Source of the DNA: an uncultured delta proteobacterium
GTDB taxonomy: Bacteria > Desulfobacterota > Binatia > UTPRO1
Assembly (NCBI GenBank): GCA_963753325.1
Contig: CAVWBS010000001.1
Location: 1,642,297 to 1,706,296, forward strand
Length of the DNA: 64,000 nucleotides
Reading direction: 5' to 3'
Position 1 is the first letter of the stretch; each line of letters starts with the position of its first letter. Shown one piece after another: positions 59,777 to 64,000 of this stretch. The position numbers and the translations under genes were made by a program. The notes under the pieces are model-generated. The model had not been told where the DNA came from, did no database searches, and saw only the letters and a list, made by a program, of their open reading frames with translations.

Positions 59777-60577
59777 TCAGCCCACCGTCCGCGCCAGGGT
59801 CCACACGCCCCAACCGAGAAGCGCCGCGCCGGGCACCTGCGCCGCCCAACGGCCGGGCAGGAGACGCTCGGCGAGGACGAATACGCTCAAGACCGCCATC
59901 GCGGTGACGCTCATGACACCCGCAACGAACATCAGCAGCATCAACGCCCAGCAGCAGCCGAGGCAGGAGCCGCCGTGCCGCAGGCCCATCCGGAAGGCAC
60001 CGCCCGGGCCATCACGCCAATGGCTCAGGAGGAATCCCATCGGCGTCCGGCAATGGGCGAGACATGCCTCCTTGAGCGGCGTCAGCTGATAGAGGCCGGC
60101 GACGATCAGGATCGCGCCCGCGAGCGGGCGGCCGATCGCCAACGCGTCCGTGTGCAGGAGCGCCGCACGATGCAGCGCCCACTGCAGCGCCGTGGCCACG
60201 AGGGCGAAGAGCGCCCATGCGGTCAGATAGCCGGCCGCGAAGAGCACTCCCTCGAGCGGCAGCGCGCGGCCGTGGCGCTCGCGATCGAGGCGAACGAACA
60301 CCAGCGTGATCGGCAATGCGGCGGGCGTCATCATCGCGCCCATCATGACGATCCACATCAGCGCCGACGCCGCGAGGTAGGGTGCGGTCGCCGACGGCTC
60401 CATCATGGCGCTGGCGAGCGCCAGCAGGATCCCGTCGCCCTGCATCGAGGCCATCACGGCCGCGCTCCGGCCCAGCATCCACCAGCACAGGCTCCCCACC
60501 ACGGCGAGGGCCGCGGCGATGATCAATCGTGCCGTCCCGGCGGGGGCGGGGTCCCGGCTCAGGCCGATCCCGTCCAC
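59777..60577 (-). CDS. DUF2182-like membrane protein
   Basis: Multi-TM protein with CxxC...CxxxCC motifs. The start is uncertain: GTG at 60577, or ATG at 60478 or 60454. Its partner gene DUF1326 lies upstream. Confidence 0.55.
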   Translation of the reverse strand: MDGIGLSRDPAPAGTARLIIAAALAVVGSLCWWMLGRSAAVMASMQGDGILLALASAMMEPSATAPYLAASALMWIVMMGAMMTPAALPITLVFVRLDRERHGRALPLEGVLFAAGYLTAWALFALVATALQWALHRAALLHTDALAIGRPLAGAILIVAGLYQLTPLKEACLAHCRTPMGFLLSHWRDGPGGAFRMGLRHGGSCLGCCWALMLLMFVAGVMSVTAMAVLSVFVLAERLLPGRWAAQVPGAALLGWGVWTLARTVG

Positions 60578-61182
60578 GCAAACGACGCGAAATGCCCGTT
60601 TCGCTGCGAACCGGCGTCGTCCCACCGGATGCCGAAACAGGCGATGAGGTTGCGCACGGCGGTCGCGAGATTCAGCCGTCGGTTGGCGGGATGGAAGGAG
60701 TTGTCGATCGCCAGGCACTCGCCGCTCACCGCGACGCTCGGGACGCCTTCGACCTCCTGTTCGAGGATCCCCGCGATCGCGACCGCGCGCCGCTGACCCG
60801 TGAGGTCGAAGCGAATCGGATGCCGCTCGACCCCGCGAAACTCGCCGATCAACGGGGCCAGCGCCGCCATCGGGCCGCCGGCCCGGCCGCTCGCGATCGC
60901 CGCCACGGCGTCGGCCTGCTCGGCGCTCGCGCGCGTATCGACGATCAGGCCGACGATCCACCCCCCCGCCGCCATCACCGCCTTCGACTGCGCGACCACC
61001 GCAAACGTCACCCCCGCCAGCTCGAGTCCCCCATAGCTCCCGCCGTCGATGCGGTAGGTCATGGCGAACTTGCAGAACTCCTCGCTGGCCGGCGCGGTGG
61101 CGTTGCTGGCGATGCACGGGCAGAGATACCGGCAGCTACAGGCCTCGAGATATTCGCCGCGGATCGACCAGGCGGTCCCCAC
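60559..61182 (-). CDS. DUF1326-like protein
   Basis: N-terminal Cys cluster (ACSCRYLCPC). It is commonly paired with DUF2182. Confidence 0.65.
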   Translation of the reverse strand: MGTAWSIRGEYLEACSCRYLCPCIASNATAPASEEFCKFAMTYRIDGGSYGGLELAGVTFAVVAQSKAVMAAGGWIVGLIVDTRASAEQADAVAAIASGRAGGPMAALAPLIGEFRGVERHPIRFDLTGQRRAVAIAGILEQEVEGVPSVAVSGECLAIDNSFHPANRRLNLATAVRNLIACFGIRWDDAGSQRNGHFASFAWTGSA

Positions 61183-61191
61183 CCCTGCCTC

Positions 61192-62505
61192 CTAGCCACT
61201 GCCCGCGTCGCTCGCAAGCCGCGCACCTAGGGCTTGCCCACGCGTTCGCGCGAGCGCGACGTAGATGCCGAGCAGCGCGAGCAGCGCGACGTTGTCGATC
61301 GAGCTCGCCGCGAGCAGCGCGGAGGATGACAGGCCGAGGGCGGTCACGGCGGTGTCGGACGCGAGATAGTTGACGAGCGGCAGCGTCACGAGGACGAGCG
61401 CGCAACGGCGCGCGCCGGGCGCGTCGCGCCACGGCCAGGCATCCGCGCGCCAGACGAGCGCCACGAGCGGCAGTGCCAGGGCCGGCAGATCGTACTGCTG
61501 GTGATAGCAGCAGGCGACGATGCCGAGCGACGCGATGCCCGTCGCGTGCACGCGCGCCGCACCGACATCCTCGCTCGCCGCGTCGCGTCCGGCGGCGTCC
61601 TGCCCATGACCGGCCGCCATGCGCCGCATGCCGACGGCCGCCACACCCAGGGTCCCAAGCGTCAATGCCATGGCCGCCCCGGTTGTCGGCGTGCGTGCGA
61701 GGAGTCGCGCGACGAGGGCGACGACATCGACGCGAAACGGCGAGTGGTCGGGCTGCTTCCGCCGCTCGAGCACGCGGGTCGCATAGCTCGATTCGATCGA
61801 CGCGACGAGGGGACCGGGGCCGTCCGCGATGGCGATCAGGCGGACCAGTGCGACGCTCGTGAGTGCCAGCGCGATGACGCCTCCGAGCAGGACCGGTCGC
61901 CACCCCCGGCGAACGAGCAGCAGCGCCGCGAGCGGCAGGCCGTACGTGGGCTTCAAGGTGGCGAGGGCCAGGGCCGCGGCCGCGACGACCGGTCGCTCCT
62001 CCACGTACCAGAGCGCCACCAGCGTCGGGAGGAGCACCTGCAGCGTCACCTGACCATTGAAGAGGTTCCAGTGTCCGGGCCGGCTCGCGACGAGCACGGC
62101 GCCGAGCCCGGCGACGCGCGCAACGGTCGGCCGCACGTCGCAGAAGGCCAGCGCCACCCAGCCGAGGGCGATCGTCAACGCGACCTGGACGCCGTAGTAC
62201 CCCAGCTCCGCCGTGCGATACGGCAGGAGCGCCAGCGGCGCATGCACGAGCAGGGTGAGCGGCGGGTAGAGGCCGAGGCCGTCGGCGACCGGATACGTCG
62301 CCGCGATGCGCGGCTGGTCATACGGGTTGACGCCGTCGAGAAACGCCCGCGCCGGGTAGTACACCGCGTCGCGAAAGTCCTGCAGCGCGTAGCGCGGCGC
62401 GTGCGGATCGCCGGCGACGTTGAGATGCGTCCATACCCGCAGCGAGACCATCGCGACGGCGGCCAGGCACGCGAGAACGGCGACGAGCGTCTTGCGGTCT
62501 GCCAT
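61192..62505 (-). CDS. GT87/DUF2029-like integral membrane glycosyltransferase (PimE-like mannosyltransferase family)
   Basis: 437 aa with at least 10 TM helices, and an N-terminal loop with conserved Asp/Tyr residues like GT-C mannosyltransferases. Confidence 0.6.
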   Translation of the reverse strand: MADRKTLVAVLACLAAVAMVSLRVWTHLNVAGDPHAPRYALQDFRDAVYYPARAFLDGVNPYDQPRIAATYPVADGLGLYPPLTLLVHAPLALLPYRTAELGYYGVQVALTIALGWVALAFCDVRPTVARVAGLGAVLVASRPGHWNLFNGQVTLQVLLPTLVALWYVEERPVVAAAALALATLKPTYGLPLAALLLVRRGWRPVLLGGVIALALTSVALVRLIAIADGPGPLVASIESSYATRVLERRKQPDHSPFRVDVVALVARLLARTPTTGAAMALTLGTLGVAAVGMRRMAAGHGQDAAGRDAASEDVGAARVHATGIASLGIVACCYHQQYDLPALALPLVALVWRADAWPWRDAPGARRCALVLVTLPLVNYLASDTAVTALGLSSSALLAASSIDNVALLALLGIYVALARTRGQALGARLASDAGSG

Positions 62506-62660
62506 CGGCTCCGCCTCTTACACCGCACCCGCCCGTGCGCGAAGAGCCGCGCATCGCACCTTGACCAACGCCGAGTTTGACCCCAGTGTGGCCGTCGGTG
62601 CACCCGATCGACCCCTCGTCGTCGCGCCCTCGGCTCTCCCGCAGCGACCTCTTCGAGTCG

Positions 62661-63644
62661 ATGGCGATCGCCGTCCTCACGCCGATCGCATGGCTCCTCC
62701 CCGAGCGGGCCTGGCGGCCGGTCGGACACCTGATCAGCATCGCCATCGCGCGCCTCTGGCCCGCGACCACCCGGGCGCGCATCGCCGCCCTGGCGGCCGC
62801 GCTCGACGGACGGGCGATCGACCTGCCTCTCGATGCCCTCCGGGTCGCCATCCTGGACGGATACATGGCGGAGCGGCTCGAGATTCTGCGGGCGCACCGC
62901 CCGGGGGGATGGCGACCACATCTGCGGCTCGTCGGACGCGCGCACCTCGAGGCGGCACACGGTCGTGGGCATGGCGCGGTCTTGTGGACGGCGCCGTTCT
63001 CCCATGCCGACCTCGTGATCAAGATGGCGCTCGCCGAATCCGGTTTCCCCGTCAGCCATTTGAGCGCATCCACGCGCGGCTTCTCCCCGAACGCCTGCTT
63101 CGAGCGGCGCCAGTCCCGTTTCGGCATGCGCGTGTTGAGCCCGCTTCGCACCCGCATAGAGGATCGCCATCTACGCGAGCGCATCGTCATGGCAGCCGAC
63201 GGCGCGCTCGCCTATACACGCCGGATCGACCGCCGCCTGCGCGCCAACGGCCTGGTCTCGATCCGGGCGGGAGAGCATGGACAGCGCACCGTGGACGTGC
63301 CGTTTCTCGCCGGAACGATCCGTCTCGCAACGGGCGCGCCGAGCCTCGCCGTGGCCAGCGACGCGCCACTCCTACCCGTCTTCTGCGTGCCGACCGGACC
63401 GGGCGCATACGACGTCGTCGTCGAGCCGGCGTTGAACGCGGGCGTCGAGGCATCCGGCCGCCCGCCGGCCCACGATCGCCACCAGGTCGTCGACGAGCTG
63501 ACTCGCGACTATGCGCGCCTTCTCCAGCGGTACGTGCTGCGTCACCCGCAGATCTGGAGTGGCTGGTACACGATGGGTCCGCGGGAATCGCGCGAGGCGG
63601 CGCCGTTCGCGTCGTCGGGCGTCACGCGGCAGGAAGCGGTGTGA
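62661..63644 (+). CDS. LpxL/HtrB (PatA-like) lysophospholipid/lipid A acyltransferase family protein
   Basis: N-terminal TM, and an LABLAT-family core around the FSHADL H-x-D site (non-canonical HX4D). The start is at an internal ATG (MAIAVLTPIAWLL). Confidence 0.55.
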   Translation: MAIAVLTPIAWLLPERAWRPVGHLISIAIARLWPATTRARIAALAAALDGRAIDLPLDALRVAILDGYMAERLEILRAHRPGGWRPHLRLVGRAHLEAAHGRGHGAVLWTAPFSHADLVIKMALAESGFPVSHLSASTRGFSPNACFERRQSRFGMRVLSPLRTRIEDRHLRERIVMAADGALAYTRRIDRRLRANGLVSIRAGEHGQRTVDVPFLAGTIRLATGAPSLAVASDAPLLPVFCVPTGPGAYDVVVEPALNAGVEASGRPPAHDRHQVVDELTRDYARLLQRYVLRHPQIWSGWYTMGPRESREAAPFASSGVTRQEAV

Positions 63645-63910
63645 GGGCCGTGCCCACGTCCGCGACGCTGGAGGCGGTTCACGCCATTCTTCGTGATCGC
63701 CTCGCCCTGGCCGACGATCGACCCCTGGCGGAGGAGACCGGTCTCCTCGGTGCAGGGATCGGGCTCGACTCGTTCGAGGTGCTGCAGGTCGTCGCCGCCC
63801 TCGAGGAGCGGTTCGGATTGACGATCGACGACGCAGACCTCCATCCCGACCATTTCCGCACCGTCGGGACGCTCCTCCGCTTTCTCGAGACCCGTTTGCC
63901 GCCCGTATGA
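63641..63910 (+). CDS. acyl carrier protein
   Basis: 89 aa with the phosphopantetheine attachment motif LGLDSFEVL. The GTG start overlaps the upstream stop (GTGA). Confidence 0.7.
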   Translation: MRAVPTSATLEAVHAILRDRLALADDRPLAEETGLLGAGIGLDSFEVLQVVAALEERFGLTIDDADLHPDHFRTVGTLLRFLETRLPPV

Positions 63911-64000
63911 TCGCCGACCATTTCGACCGCGTCGCCGAGCGGGGCGGCTCTCGTGTCGCCGTCGTCGAACGGGGGCAGACGCTGTCCTACGCCGAGCTAC
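63907..64000 (+). CDS. AMP-dependent synthetase/ligase (fatty acyl-AMP/ACP ligase-like), 5' fragment
   Basis: ATG overlapping the ACP stop (ATGA). MIADHFDRVAERGGSRVAVVERGQTLSYAEL is a typical N-terminus of adenylating enzymes. The gene is truncated by the window end. Confidence 0.6.
   Translation, partial: MIADHFDRVAERGGSRVAVVERGQTLSYAEL

Overview
This is a 64 kb window of very GC-rich (about 70%) chromosomal DNA from a Gram-negative-type bacterium. Evidence for the cell type is RND/MFP efflux, outer-membrane porin, lipobox lipoproteins and LpxO/LpxL-like lipid A genes; secreted Cys-rich proteins with Pro/Thr linkers hint at a Myxococcota/deltaproteobacterial-like lineage, which is inference. 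Coding density is high, and most long six-frame ORFs are read-through or antisense artefacts of the GC bias. Genes were delimited using family motifs, GC3 bias, RBS and the recurrent 4-nt ATGA/GTGA stop-start overlaps. The main content is: (i) an mdtABC-like MFP-RND-RND efflux operon with a TetR gene translationally coupled at its 3' end, where the second RND gene carries a 1-nt frameshift; (ii) an FMN-reductase/methyltransferase operon, SDR, an LpxO-like hydroxylase next to a multi-TM TPR protein, PBP4 and GSTs; (iii) an intact IS481-family IS (1040 bp, TGT...ACA ends, 6-bp GCTAGC duplication) inserted between convergent genes exactly at the znuB stop codon; (iv) a znuACB-type metal ABC operon; (v) an aerobic benzoyl-CoA (box) cluster with a BoxR/BzdR-type HTH-shikimate-kinase regulator divergent from boxC-boxB-ECH-benzoate-CoA ligase-ECH. 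No boxA was found in the window, and a nitrile-hydratase-like alpha/beta pair (beta disrupted in a G-run) lies convergent downstream; (vi) a porin-modABC molybdate locus preceded by an XRE HTH frame and tandem palindromes; (vii) a methyltransferase, small Cys ORF and vanadium-haloperoxidase-like Cys-rich secreted protein; (viii) peroxiredoxin and persulfide dioxygenase-rhodanese, hpf with a candidate sigma-54 promoter, and gdh; (ix) at the 3' end a GT87-like glycosyltransferase, LpxL/PatA-like acyltransferase, ACP and acyl-AMP ligase cluster. No rRNA, tRNA or CRISPR was recognised. Non-CDS coordinates are accurate to about 2 nt.
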